A stretch of 64,000 nucleotides of DNA from NCBI GenBank assembly GCA_964234715.1, contig OZ174275.1. One strand, 5' to 3'. Made by a program: the position numbers and the translations under genes. The DNA is from Podarcis melisellensis (lineage: Eukaryota). Under the pieces are notes generated by a model. That model was given only the letters and a program-made list of their open reading frames with translations, was not told the DNA's origin and ran no database searches. Below are positions 12,121-25,146 of this stretch, piece by piece. Position 1 is the first letter of the stretch, and every line of letters starts with the position of its first letter.

Positions 12121-13538
12121 AGCGCTATTGATGCTTGAGTCCTCTGATCTGTGGTAAGACATGAAGTGCTGTATACTATACTGTCATTGGTACAACCATA
12201 TCCTGTACCAGGGAAGTAGCACAGATGCATTCTGTTTTGCTGCCTACATCAGTCGCAACCTCACCGAAAGCCCTTCCACCATATCTCTAGCATAGAGCAG
12301 TGTACCCATGAAAGGTGACTGAGCAACTGAAATGCTTTTTAGCTTGCAGCAAACATTAGCTGCCCCACTCTTGCCATGTAAGAATTGTGCGTCACATGAC
12401 ATCTCAGTGCAGGACCACTCTGCCACACACCACACTGTACTGGCATAACACCCAGGATCAGCTGAGGCAGTCAGCAGCACAGCACAGGTCATGACTTTGC
12501 AATGATTTGCCAGCAGAGGGGCTCATATAGGATTAAGCTTTAAGGCTGCAATTTTTAGAAGGGTAGGTCCACAGTTAAGCACTAGCAGAATGCACAACTT
12601 AAAGAAATCAGTACAATCAGGCAATAGATTTGTTAGCAGAAACAAACAAACAAACAAAAACCCACACGCCAAAACCGATAGTGGGCAGTTCTCACAGCGT
12701 TACAAATTTTAGCTTCCTTAAGGCTACTGCGGTTGGCAGTCACTAATAGTGACTTTTGCTAATAAACCATTATTTGGTTCAGCTTTAGGAAGCAATCCTC
12801 AGCCTTAGGACACAATCTACACACCATTACAGTGAATAACAAGACACTTCTTGATTTTACTAGAAATGAATCTAACTTATAAAATTATTTTCAAAATAAT
12901 AAATACGTGGCATGTTCAGTTCAGGTCCAGTTTTCTGTTAGATGGTAAATTTATGTTGGGCTTTGTTATATTAAGATTGTTTCTTAATATACAAAACAGA
13001 GACTTTCTACTTTAAAAAAGAATGTCGGGGAAAGAGTTCTACCCTAGCCTTCTCCACAACAGTGCATTAAAAAAAAAAAATATTACGGGAATTTTATTTT
13101 ATTGTATGGAGAAGATTTCACTCCACTTACCAGGTTTCCAGCAATCCTTTGCTTGGGACACAATTGTGCTTGGGTTCCTTTTTTTAACCATTTCCTTCCT
13201 CACAGATAGATCCTGAGTACTCATGCCTCTTCAACAAGGATACTTTTAGCCTTCTTCCAACACTACACTTCCCTTCTCAGGATTTTTCTAGCTTACATGT
13301 CTCCCTGTATAATACATCTTACTATAAACTCGGGAGCAAACAATGCAACCCGAGACACAAAAAAAACATACCAATTGAGGGTTATTTTCTCATGCACAGT
13401 TGATAATTAGCTCTTGAGGATCTGGGTTGCAAGAAAACTGTTTAGGGTTGACACTCTATTTCTGTCTAAAAAGATACATTGTCCTTTCTGAAGAAACTAA
13501 AGAACATGAAAAGGAAAATTAGTATCATGGGGGTCTCA

Positions 13539-13736
<198 letters not shown>

Positions 13737-13789
13737 CTAAACGGGTGAAGGACCAAAGGGAAAGCTTAGAGAGTGGGTAAAATATATTT

Positions 13790-14130
13790 GATTATTGATT
13801 TATTGCATTTACATCCCATCTTGTTCCTCCAACTAGCTCATGGTGGCAAACTTGGTTCTCCCTCTCCCAATGGCGTAGCGTGGGTTGTCAGCACCCAGGG
13901 CAAGGCAAGTAATTTGCGCCCCCTAACCCGTGGATTTGCGCCCCCTAACCCTAACCACCAGATGTTGCACCCGGTGCGGCCGGCCCCCCCTGACCCCCCA
14001 CGCTACGCCACTGCCCTCTCCCACAACAACTCTGGGACTATGTACCCAGTGAGCTACATGGTCAAGTCGGGTCTTAAACCTTGGTTCCCCAGGTTGGGTC
14101 CCAACACTCTAACTACTACACCATGTTGCC
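13790..14130 (-). mobile_element. MIR-derived (Squam3-like) SINE, interrupted by a hAT MITE
   Basis: Reverse-strand tRNA head (ACTCTAACTACTACACCA on +) and CCCACAACAAC core on either side of the MITE. Confidence 0.55.
13868..14013. mobile_element. hAT MITE (CAGTGGCGTAGCGTGGG family), copy 1
   Basis: TIR CA(A/G)TGGCGTAGCGTGGG; 8-bp TSD CCCTCTCC; internal CCCTAA motifs. Confidence 0.9.
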
Positions 14131-16081
14131 TCCTATATGTATCTACAGATGGATAGCCAAAAGCCATAGGAAGTAAAGGTACATAGAGAGAGAGAGAAAG
14201 TTCACCATGGTTATGATAAGCAAAGGTAAGCACTTTGCTGTCGAATCCTACCCACATTTTGTCTGCTGCATCCCTCTTCACTCAGTGGGGTACTCTCAAG
14301 TAAGTGTGCATAAAATGGCTAGCTTCAAGTCCAATTTATTGAAATGGAAGAATTAACTATGTCTCCAAAGCCCTCCAGCTGAATTGAAAGCAAAGGCCTA
14401 TCCATAAAGTATATTAACAAATCAAAGTGGGAGACAAAAGCAAATCTCTCAACACATGGAGAATGGGGCTATTATTCAGAAGGAGGCAAAGGGTGAGGGT
14501 ACTTAAACAAAAATAAGTTTTTTTAAAAAAAACTTTGATACGGTAAATGGGTAGTCTTAGATTCCTGCTTCTGTTCATTGTCAAGAAAGACATCACAAAA
14601 ACAAACCCATTTGTAGCAGAAGCTACTCAAAAGATTTAAATTAGGGGAAAGCACCACCTCATAGAAAGTCACAGGAGGGGGGGGGAAACAAGAAGTAGCA
14701 CCCCCAAACACCAGCTCAGCTTCTACAGCCAAAAAATGTGGAGTCCCTATAAATTTATTTTTCATTCGTATCCCCACCAATAATTCAGAGTGGCATACGT
14801 GATTATCATCTATACCATCCCACTGTATATATGCTATGGTTTTTTATTGTAAATAGAATGCTATTGCAGATAGAATCAGTCTTTCCTTCTCTGGGTTGTG
14901 AGCCTAACCACCCTCACTAGGATGTAAGCTCATTTGCAGTCAGTAGTGCTTGCTATCAAATAAATGTGTTTTAGACTGGATTCAGTTTCTCACATATATA
15001 TCTTAACTATAGAGTGTCGAAATATATGTACATCTCTATTGGTAATCACACATGTTAAGAATTAAACTACTTGTTGTTATGTTCTTCAGACTATCATTTT
15101 GCCTTTCTTTTTTAAATAAAAATAAAGGTAATCTTTTGCTATATGTTAGCAAAATAACAATAAGGATGCTGGCTTGCTGATTTGGTTAGTTGCTATTACA
15201 ATAACAACTAAACTGATAAGAGTTATGGATCTTTAAAAAAAATTACTTCCATATTATTATTATTAGCAGTACTTCTGTGAAATGTAACACTAAAGCAGAA
15301 CCCTAACAAAATCTGGCAAATTCACTACATTCAAACCCAACAGTGTGAATCCAGATGGTGACTCTTAATTCTGTAAGATGTAGTTTTCAGTATCAGAAGA
15401 CATGCTTTAAGTTGAAAAGACTTTGTTTTGCTTGTCAATACCTATAGGGAGTGGCTTCATGTGGAAGGTTGGATTTTCTGGCAAAATGCAAGTTTTAAAG
15501 AATAAAAACCATTATTTGCTTTTCTTTCTTTATTTTTTGCAATGCAGCATTCATATCAGCATTTTCAGGTGCAAATATTATTTCAACACCAGTGCACAGC
15601 ATGCTATGTTTGGCATTTAAATTGATGGGTAACAACACCGTCCCCTCTTTTATAATGTTGAAAGTGCCCAGCCTTTCTCACATCTGCCAGTCTTCCTTTT
15701 TTTTAATAAATGACCTGAGCACCATATAGATTCCCTAACACTTTACAACCTAAGTAAGTACCACCAGTGCCGTCAGCAGTTCAGCTGTGCTGTGCTGTGA
15801 ACAGCATAGTAAGTAGGACTTCCACCTCTTCAAAACAAGGAATTTCATACCAAGGACACACTTCTCCCACGTTTATCTATTCCAAAGTCCTCCTCACAGA
15901 CACGCACACTCCCAAAACGATTGTCTGGGACTGGAAACAAACGGAAGCACAACTGGAGTTGAAGAAAGATGCCTGCAGAACAGACAGGTTCCTTTCATGC
16001 TCCGGTTGTGCCGCAAATCTGAATGAGCATTAGGCTATCGCCCTCTGGTTCTGTGATTAATCTACCAAGGAAGCAGTCTGC

Positions 16082-16210
16082 NNNNNNNNNNNNNNNNNNN
16101 NNNNNNNNNNNNNNNNNNNNNNNNNNNNNNNNNNNNNNNNNNNNNNNNNNNNNNNNNNNNNNNNNNNNNNNNNNNNNNNNNNNNNNNNNNNNNNNNNNNN
16201 NNNNNNNNNN
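16082..16210. other. Assembly gap (N run)
   Basis: Ns. Confidence 1.
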
Positions 16211-17699
16211 AAAGAAATATGAAATAAACACCTGCACCCCTGAAGAAATATAGCATCCAGAGGAGAAAGAAATCCAAGTCACTTAGTAAAAATAAAAGAA
16301 AATGTAGTCTTCGAATTTCCAATGCTCTCAAATCACCTCCAAGCATTTTAAATCTAACGCACTGTATCGGATCAGTAACAGTGTTAACAAAAAGACCTTG
16401 TTAATACAAAGGACATATTCTACGATCAAGCGTTTGTATTAGTTCTTTAACTGGTAGAGTTTGGGGTGTCTCCCCCCCCCTCCAAACGGAATCACAGCCA
16501 ATGCGAATACAGCAAACTCGTTTAACCATTCGATATCCTTCTCTCGAGGCAATTTGAAGACTATTTCTTTGGGCAAATTGCTGGGGGGGAGGGGGGAGAC
16601 AACACAACTCTCCCACTTTTCTTGCAGGATAGTTTTCCTGTCAAAAATAAATGGCAGAATGCGTCTTTCTGAAATGCATACTTAAATTTCGTTTTTTTCA
16701 AAAGTCACCTTAGTCCACTTTGTACCAACAAACCTCAGTAACAGAGACATTTCTAGTGTCTCTCCGTTTTGCAACTACTTGTTGGAGAAGTATTTAATTA
16801 TAGGTGAATTAATTGTTGTTGTTGTTTTAAAAAAAACCAAATATACTGGACAAGGTAAATACTGTACACCTATTGGAAGAAGAAAAAGCCACTCCTGAAA
16901 TCACTAAGAAATTCAACACTTGATTCCAGCTCTTTTCTGGATCCAGAAAGGAAACGTGCTTCGATTTTAACCTGGATCTAAACGGCGAACCAACCCACTC
17001 CCTTGTATCAGTCCAGTTCATCTGGGAAGTTCTTGTCCCCCATCTGCTTTGACCTCATCAGTCAAACGGAAGCATCCGCTTTGCCACGGCAATTGCACTG
17101 CTTAAGGAAATATTGAACCCTTAATTTGCCCTTTTCCTCATTCTAGCCAACCTTTCGCGGGAAAGTTCTCGTAATCCACAGGCACTCCGCCGCTTAGCAA
17201 AATTGATCTAATTATTTCCCCAAACCGGGTCCGAACAGATGCATTGCTGTCCCATTGTCCTGAATTTCAGGAATAACAGGATTGCCACTGGCTCGTTTGG
17301 GAATCTTTTCCTGGCCACCCCTGCAGTCCTACCAGAGAGGAACGCAGCTACTTCTGGAAAGAGGACCGCGTCCCCCTTTCCTGGGGGCAAAATGACAAGT
17401 TGCCCCTCTTGAGACTGTGACAGATCTGGGAAGGGAGGTTAGACTTCCACAAAAGACCTCTTCCCTTCCCTTTCCTTTCCTTTCCTCTCTCCCACATCTC
17501 CTGTTTGCAAACTGTCCTGTCAGCTTGCGGAACATTTCGAATACTTTATTGCTAGTCACGGAAATTGCAGCAACATTCTTTGCTGAGGGGGGAGGAATAT
17601 AAATTCATCGCACAAACCACCCTTGATCTCCCGTGTTGTTGTTGTTTTCCTGAGCAGATGCCAGCCATATCATTTTATAGGATGCATTTCATAATAACA

Positions 17700-17764
<65 letters not shown>
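17700..17764. repeat. (CT)n(CA)n compound microsatellite in VSX2 intron 2
   Basis: Read directly. Confidence 0.95.
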
Positions 17765-17765
<1 letters not shown>

Positions 17766-18467
17766 CCACCAGGAGATTCCGGTTGGGTCAAAGCACTGCT
17801 TTTTAAAGGGTCCCAACACATGCAAAAAAAATTCCTTAATTTATTTCGTTTTTGAAAAGAGAGAAAGAAACAGCCCAAGAGATCCCTGGAGAATGAGGAA
17901 TGCAGAGAGAGGTCTCCGAGGACAGCTTCCCCACCCCACCCCGGTGCTGCGTCTTTTATGACAATGGACCACTAGGCAAGGAAGACGGATTACAATATCC
18001 CCTTGGGAAGGAGAACTGCGGCTCACGGGGAGAAGGGAAAGTGCCACCGTGCAGCCGGTCGGATCAGCCAGGGCGAAGGAGACCCCCCCTGGCCTCCCTT
18101 GGGTCGGAGGTTTCAAGACAAAACAGCACCCAAAGGCCGAACAAATGCCCCGAGAAGCGCGGCCTCCTCCCTGAGCTGCGCCTCGGGTCCATCCGAGGAG
18201 ATGCTGGTGGAGGAGACAGAGGACTCCGTTGGGATGGAGGACCCGGAGAAGGGCGCAACTCTCCTTGGCGCATCTCTGCAGCTCCCCTCTCTGTTGTCCC
18301 AGCCCCACCCGCACCCGCGTGCACAAGGTGATGGGGGGCTCGATCCTGACTCCCTGGATCCTGAGGCCCAAAGGTAGAGACTGGGAGGGCAGGCCAGGCA
18401 ATTGGGGTGGGGGTGGGGAGATCCTCCCTCTCCGCCTCGCGGGGCTTCCGAGCAGCGTCCGCCTTAC

Positions 18468-18552
18468 CTGTGCCGCCTCTTCTTCCGCTTCTTGCTCTGG
18501 CTTAACGAGGATTTGGACATCTTTCTGTCGCTGGACGAAACATCCTCGGAAT
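18468..18552 (-). CDS. VSX2: VSX2 exon 2 (NLS, start of homeodomain)
   Basis: cccag|AT TCC GAG... encodes (D)[28 protein letters not shown]|GTAAG; 85 nt, phases match exons 1 and 3. Confidence 0.98.
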
Positions 18553-19696
18553 CTGGGGACACAGAAAGGCGGCAGCGATGGGCACCAGAGCTCCTGGAGG
18601 GGGTGGGTGTGTTCGGGTGAGTCTCCCCTCCCGGCTCCCCGAGACGCTCCGGGGTGCGAAGCGAGGGAGTCTCGCACTCAGACCTCGCTTCGGATTTCCC
18701 CGGATCGGGGGATCGGGGCGCTGGTCTCGTGCGATCGACTCAGGTTTCGTTCCCTGGCCGGGTTCCCCCTGGCAGCGCTTTGCATCCCGAGGACGCGTCG
18801 CTCTCTGCGCGCTCTTGGCTCCTCTTTTCTCCCTTGCAAACTCGAAGGCCAGTTTCGTTTCCAAGCCTTACGCGACATTTCTCCCCCTTCGAAATGTCAA
18901 TTTTTTAAAAACAGGGGAAAAAAGTATTTATGAATTTAAAAAGTCGATGGCGCATCGCCCCAAAGCTTGCAATTTTGGGGATCCTACTAAATCTTATCGC
19001 TCCCATATTTAAAAGACATGGCAATTAAAAAATGGACTTTGAACCAGGGGAGCTGGAACACAAGGAAGGGTATTTATATATTAGACACTCTCCAATAACA
19101 ACTTTTGCCGTTTCTCCTAATTTTTACCCGTTTAAAATTATTCTGTATTATTATTATTCGTTTGGAAACCGGCCATTGCTTTTCATATTATTTCCTTTTA
19201 TTCCCTTGGCGCTTATGGTAACAAATCGGGACCTTGAGCCCCGACCGCGCTACCTTCAACAGCGCCGAGCCCCGCGTTTCGATCTCATCCCTTCAAAAGG
19301 ATGGAAACCAGCGGCCGGTCCTGTGTTCGAAAGTCGCCCCCTCTCCCTGCCTCCGCAGGCCCCCGCCCCCTTCTCCTTGACCCCCGTCGATTATCTTTCG
19401 TTATGCTTTTATAATGACCGCAGTCTGGGGAAGGAGCTGCTGGGCCACTTTCTGAAAAAGCCGCGATCTGGAAGAAGCGGAGATCGCTGGCGATGGGAAG
19501 GCAAGAAGAGCCTGTGCTGGCCCTGGGAGTCTCCCTCCTGGGTCGGCTGTGTGGGGCTGCCCAGCCTGGAGGGCTGCCTCGCGGGGTTGCCTGGCGAGGC
19601 AGCCGCGGCCTCCGGCTTTCCTGAGGCTGGATCTCTCTTTCTCTCTCTCTCTCCCGGCTGCCCCCTTCCTCGCCCGCCCCACGGCTCTGCCTCTAC

Positions 19697-20171
19697 CTGA
19701 GCTGGCCGTCTGGCTGGTGTCGAGCTGCGCGGGGCCTCGGCCCAGCGGCTGCAGGTGGACGCCGGGCGGGTCGGCCAGCACCTCCAGGAAGGTGGGCTGC
19801 GCGTAGAAGCCGGGCAGGCTGCCGGCGCCGAGCAAGCCCATGCCCATGCCGCCCACCCCGGCGGGGCTGAGCACGGAGCGGGCCGCCAGCAGGTGGCCGG
19901 CGGGCAACGAGTCCAGGGCCGCGCGAGGGTGCGAAGGCGGCTCCTTGTTCAAGCCCAGGATCTCCTGGATGCCGAAGCCGGTGCAGCGAGGCGCCGCGGG
20001 GCCCGAGACGGGCTTGGCCCCCGCGGCTACGGAGCCCACCGGGGCCCCTGCCGCCCCTGGGGGGCCCGAGGCTGTGGGCGGCGGCGGAGGAGGAGCAGGC
20101 GGCGCGCCGTCGGGGGCTTTGAGTTTGGCGGGCAGGCTGTGGGCGAGCGCGTCGCCCGCTTTGCCCGTCAT
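19697..20171 (-). CDS. VSX2: VSX2 (CHX10) exon 1, coding part
   Basis: MTGKAG...[18 protein letters not shown]...FLEVL...DTSQTASS, including the eh1/octapeptide FGIQEILG; donor TCAG|GTAGAG at 19697/19696; 475 nt (phase 1). Confidence 0.98.
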
Positions 20172-20232
20172 GCTGCGACTGGTCCCTGGTGCCCGCTCCG
20201 GGGAATGCTCGGGAGCCCCCGCCTCAGGCCCC

Positions 20233-20305
20233 TTTTATACGCCCAGCCTGGAGCCCGAGCGGGGTCAGAGCCCAGCAGCCAATCACAGGGACCAGCCGCG
20301 ATTAG
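20233..20305 (-). promoter_or_regulatory. VSX2 core promoter: TATA box, CCAAT box, TAATCG homeodomain site
   Basis: TATAAAA on - at 20239-20233 (~62 bp before the ATG); CCAATC at 20279-20284; CGATTAG at ~20299-20305. Confidence 0.7.
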
Positions 20306-21524
20306 GAATTCCAAAAAGCCAAATATGGGGGGAGGTGAAGAGACAGAGAGGAGGAGGAGGAGGAGGAGGGGGAAGACCCGTCGCGGGGGGGGGGAGAGGG
20401 AGGGCGGCCTGGGGCGCGCGGGCAGCTGCGCGCAGAGCTAGAGCCTAAGCGGCAGGTAAGACGGCTGCCAGCAACGGAGGGCAGTTTGTTGGGTGTCGTC
20501 GCTCTGGAGGGGTCAGAAGGGGGAACCCGCCGCGGCCGCTTGAAGAAGCTCTGGATGTGACAGGTGGGTGGGAGACCCCGCAGCACCCAAGAGGCGACTG
20601 TGAGGCAGAGCGGAAAGGGGTTGTTTGGCTGCCCTGTCCAAGAACAGGGCCCTTGCGCGCGCGCCCAGGGTGGGTGAGAGGAGAAAGGGCGGGAAGGAGG
20701 GAGCCCCGCGTAGTGCTGACAGGAGGGCGCGCGCTGCAGGGGCCTTTTCCTGGAACATGGTCAGCAGGCTCAGAAGGCTGCAGCCCTCGCGTGAGAAGTG
20801 GGGTGGAGGCGGCGGGGAGCGGAGGAGAAGGGAAGGCGCGACGAGAGGGAGCCGACGCCTGGGAAGCGTTTCGTTGCCTTGGCTTGACCGAGCGAATAGA
20901 GGCAGCGAGGCGAGCGCGGCGCGTCTTATACAAGTCACGGCGACAGTTCCCTCGCCCAGTTCACCAATGAAATCATCCCAGTTCCTTAGAGGGTTATTCA
21001 AATCCGAATTCACACCTCTTCTTCTTCTCTCTCTATTATTTTTTTTTAAAGAACGAATCGCCGCGTAGGCAGGCAGGTGGGCTGATCGGAGACTTTGCAG
21101 TTTGCTGTACAAACTTTGGCAGCAACGGGTGCCTTTTCCCAGTTATCAGTTTCGCAATTTGGATTTGGAGAAAACAACTGGGGAAAGATATCGAAATGTG
21201 GAAAGAATGATTTCCATATCGAAATATGGAAATAATCTTGTGGTGTGTTTAATTATACGTTGAATAGTGGCAGATAATAATAAATAAATAAACAGTTTGG
21301 AAATTCGTTCACAGGAATCACTGCAGCAAACTGGATTTGTGGTGGCATGGAAAATGTGCATACTTCGCGCTGTTTTCAATAGGTGCTACAACTATAATGT
21401 AAGATGAAATATACAGGTGCCATTTTGAATGAATGAATGCGAATGAGAAGACAATGGGGAACAGAGGGCGAAAGCAATTCAGTACTAGCGCCCATCTAAA
21501 AAATGAGGGCTGCTTCTTGTCTTG

Positions 21525-21560
21525 CAGTAATTAGCCTTCCATAATGCAAATTTAATGCTA
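21525..21560. promoter_or_regulatory. Candidate POU/homeodomain element upstream of VSX2
   Basis: TAATTAG at 21528-21534 and octamer ATGCAAAT at 21544-21551 flanked by TAAT cores. Confidence 0.4.
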
Positions 21561-22472
21561 TCCTTTTAATACTAACATTGTTGAAGGTGGATTCTTGGAA
21601 GCAAAACGAATAACCTAAGTTGAAAGAAATCATATGAACCAAACTAAAAGCAAACTATAGTTTACTTTTATCGACTATAGATCAAAGGTCTCCATTCAAC
21701 TTTTGAAGTAAAAGCTTTGTACATTCAAAATTGATTTCACCCAGAAAATTTTACTAAACCATTGTTTAGCCAAAAAGTAAGGTTTTCAACTGACATTTTA
21801 AAATTTTGCACCTGTTTCCAAGGATGTGATATTTGTATTGTGAAAATTAAAGTTCATCTCCTGTGCTGAATCAAATCTTATTTAGAATTGCATTCAGTTT
21901 TTAAAATAACTGACATATACTTCTTTTAAAAAATAAATTTATATTGCTATCCATTCATTTTATATTAGTGGAGGAGGTGAAAGTGAGTCACAGTAAAATA
22001 TCAAATTTTCTAATTGGTTGTGTGTTCAAATATTCAGCCAAGTAAATTAATAATAATATTTGATTTGGAAACACAAACACATCTTGTTTGTTTCTGACCT
22101 AAAAGTAAGGTTTAGTTGAAAGTTATTCATGAGCACAGGAGATAATCAGATTTGAACTGAAATTATATAGTCTAACACCTCACCCATTCTTCAGATATAG
22201 TAAACCCCTACATACAGTATAGTAAAGGAAAGAATCTTCAGGGGACAGGGGACATTGCAGAATATAAAGGATCTTTTTGTTTTCTAGCTTCTCTGATGAA
22301 GCTCCGGATTTTCTGGTATATCCAGCTGCTGCCTTTTGTTTTATGCTTAAATTATATAAACTGCTCAGGAAATGAGTTTTGTTTTTTGTTTTGTTTACAT
22401 TTTCCAAAGTTTTCCTCAAAACAACTTCATGCAACACAACATTCCTGTGTTGATATAATCTTTGTGTAGAAT

Positions 22473-22980
22473 CTTTGGCCATCACTCATAGCCCAGTAAG
22501 ATTGTCTTCCATAACCATGGTCTTAACAGTGAGTCTTTAAGTAACTGTGGAGGCCAATTCTGGATCCACATGTCCTTCCACAGTGGGGACATAGGTTTCT
22601 AGGCTGGAGCTGAACACAGTGAAGGTTTGCCAGATGTGCCTTCCTCTTAGCACGTTTCTCCTTTTTGTCCTGAGTTAGAGTGTCTTCAAAGTCCATGACA
22701 CCTTTGGTAAAGGCTGTTCTCCAATTGGAGTGCTCGCAGGCCAGTGTTTCCCAATTGTTGGTGTTTATACTACATTTTTTTAGATTTGCCTTGAGTGAGT
22801 CTTTAAACCTCTTTTGTTGACAGCTAGCATTATGCTTTCCATTTTTAAGTTTGGAATAGAGTAGTTGCTTTGGAAGACGATAATCAGGCATCTGAACAAC
22901 ATGACCAGACAAAGTTGATTTTGAAGAATCATTGCTTTGACACTGGTGATCTTTGCTTCTTCTTCCACTAGTACACTAAC
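22473..22980 (-). mobile_element. RTE-clade LINE 3' fragment (degenerate)
   Basis: ORF ...GHVVQMPDYRLPKQLLYSKL...WETLA...CPHCGRTCGSRIGLHSYLKTH: RTE C-terminus with a degenerate C2H2 finger. Confidence 0.88.
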
Positions 22981-23723
22981 ACAAGTGTGTCATAAGATAG
23001 ATAGATCAATCCTAGGACTTGATACGAGAGCATGCGATACAGCCACCTGACTGAAATGAGTGTCTTCTCAGTACCTGAGTGAGAGATTGCCTAGGAATTC
23101 CATGATGTGGGAAATAAATGTTCTGAATAAATAAATTTAAGAAACCACGCATGTGAGCATGAGATGAGACAAAAAAATTACTACTGGAATTCCTACATAG
23201 TTCCTGCTGGTCTAACATTTACCAGGCATCACTCACATGTTTTCATGGTTGGATCTACAACCATGAGATCTAGATATGCATTTAAAAAATTAAAATAAAT
23301 GGAAACTAAGATTCCCAGGACTATAAATAGGGTGCCACATTTTGTTAGAACACTAAATAGAGTTTTCTAGATAGCTTCCAGAATCCTCTCAATAGCTTGG
23401 TATTTTCCTTGATCCATATGCTTGATCTGTGGCAAAAAATCTTATTCTTTTGCTAACGAAAGTGTTTTTGCATATAATAAGTCACAAAAGTTTGATGTGT
23501 TGCTTTCCTCATAAGAAAGCTCAGATAAGACTGGAACTGGGGGGGGGGGGGGGATCTCTGCCTGAGAGCTGAATCTGGAATCCTACTGTCAAACAGCAAT
23601 CCAGAATAACAATAAAGTGTATCTTGGCAACTGCTTTACACTCTCACATGTGCCATTTCAGGTATGTTCAGCAACGCCGCCTGTTAAAAACAATGCTATT
23701 TATAATAACAGATTTAAGTAACA

Positions 23724-23737
23724 GTGCCATCTACTGG
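23724..23737 (-). promoter_or_regulatory. CTCF-like motif
   Basis: CCAGTAGATGGCAC on the minus strand. Confidence 0.45.
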
Positions 23738-24599
23738 CAGCTAAATAAATAATCACACCATGGACCCCAAGTACTTTATTGTTGCCCAGCTAACTTTGAA
23801 TGAATTCACCAAGACAGCTGGGTGTTGTTGTATTAATGCCATAGCTAGTTTATATATCACCGCTAAGAAGGGCCTTAATGAAAGTACTTTGTAAGAATTA
23901 ATTTGTGGTGGTAGAATAAATACAATGGCCAGAATCTAACACAATGGGCTTTCCATGAGCTTAAGAACATTTCACTCTGTGTTGGAATGGGCTGTGAACA
24001 GTAGAATACAAATTTTTGGTTCTTCTTATCACCCACTATATATCTAATTTAGGAAGAGAACTGTTGCTCTTTGGTGACAAGAAGCTCAGTGTTTCTTTGG
24101 AATCTAAAAAGCAAAAAGTATAGTTTTTATCTAGGAAGCCATTGCTTTCCAAGCTTCAAAGGGCATTTAAAAAACAACCATATATGATATCTAGCCATGC
24201 CCTGGATGCCTGCATTTCTCAGAAGAGACACGTGGCCACATTTGCCACTCACTTGCTTTTGGCACTTGATACCAACATGAATTTGTTAATTCATTCAATC
24301 TGATTCAGATGAGAACCTGTGCATTATCCTGAGCCAGTTGACACCTAAAGATTAAAAAAAAAGCATTTGTTTCCACTAGGCAGGATAATGGCATTCTGAT
24401 GGAAGTACTGTGGGGGGAGAGGGAAAGGGAGAAGGCTTTAATATGGCACAATACAACAACCTTCTTAACAGTAGTAAACTTTGGGCTTAAACCAGAGCTC
24501 TGGTTTCTCACTAAAGGAGACAAATATTTCGTGATGCTTTAGTAGAAAGACTCCAGGTGGGAAAAGTATATGGATCCTTTAATTCCTGAATGGTTACAG

Positions 24600-25140
24600 A
24601 GACTGGCTTATTTGCGACATTTGTATGCCGCCCCGTGACATAAAGTTATCTGGGCGGCTTATAATAAATAAGTAAGAATACAACTGAATACAAAGCAAGA
24701 CCTAACACCATAAAATCAGAAGCAACATAAATACAGCAAAGACAAAACTCGCCACATCCCCAAAGTTAAATAAGAGTTTTGAAAACCAAACTATGCAAGT
24801 TATTTATATGGCCTTGGTAAACAGAAAAGTCTTTATAGATTTTTATTTTTTATAGGCTGCTATCAAAGTTATCACAAAAATGGTACCAGGTAAAGCTCAT
24901 TGAGAAGGCTTCTCCATAAGCAGGGTGCCACTGCCTAAAAGGCCCTTTCTCTGATAGCCATCTATTTCACTTCATTTGTCAGGGACACTTAGCATGGCCA
25001 CTGAAGGGAATCTTAAGGTTCAGCGAGTACATATGGGAGTGGGAGACAGTAGTCTTTCAGAAATCCTGGTCCCAAGTCCTTCAGAACCTTAAAGTTGAAA
25101 CAAGCACTTTAAATTGAACCTGGATACTTCATTACAACCA
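24600..25140 (-). mobile_element. Degenerate L2 LINE 3' end
   Basis: Antisense L2 features (GTATGCCGCCC..GGGCGGCTT tail; CAGGGTGCCACTGCCTAAAAGGCCCT; ACTTTAAATTGAACCTGGA). Confidence 0.55.
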
Positions 25141-25146
25141 CCCTGT

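Larger units (their letters stand above)
17900..21070. promoter_or_regulatory. CpG-island domain spanning the VSX2 promoter, exon 1 and exon 2
   Basis: Visibly high GC and CpG density against the AT-rich flanks, with a short AT-rich break ~18900-19230. Confidence 0.85.

Noticed and set aside
17841-21112. Many long overlapping ORFs in the CpG island
   Set aside because: Stop-poor GC-rich DNA; only the spliced VSX2 frame resembles a known protein. The 256-aa ORF 19401-20171 is exon 1 reading into intron 1
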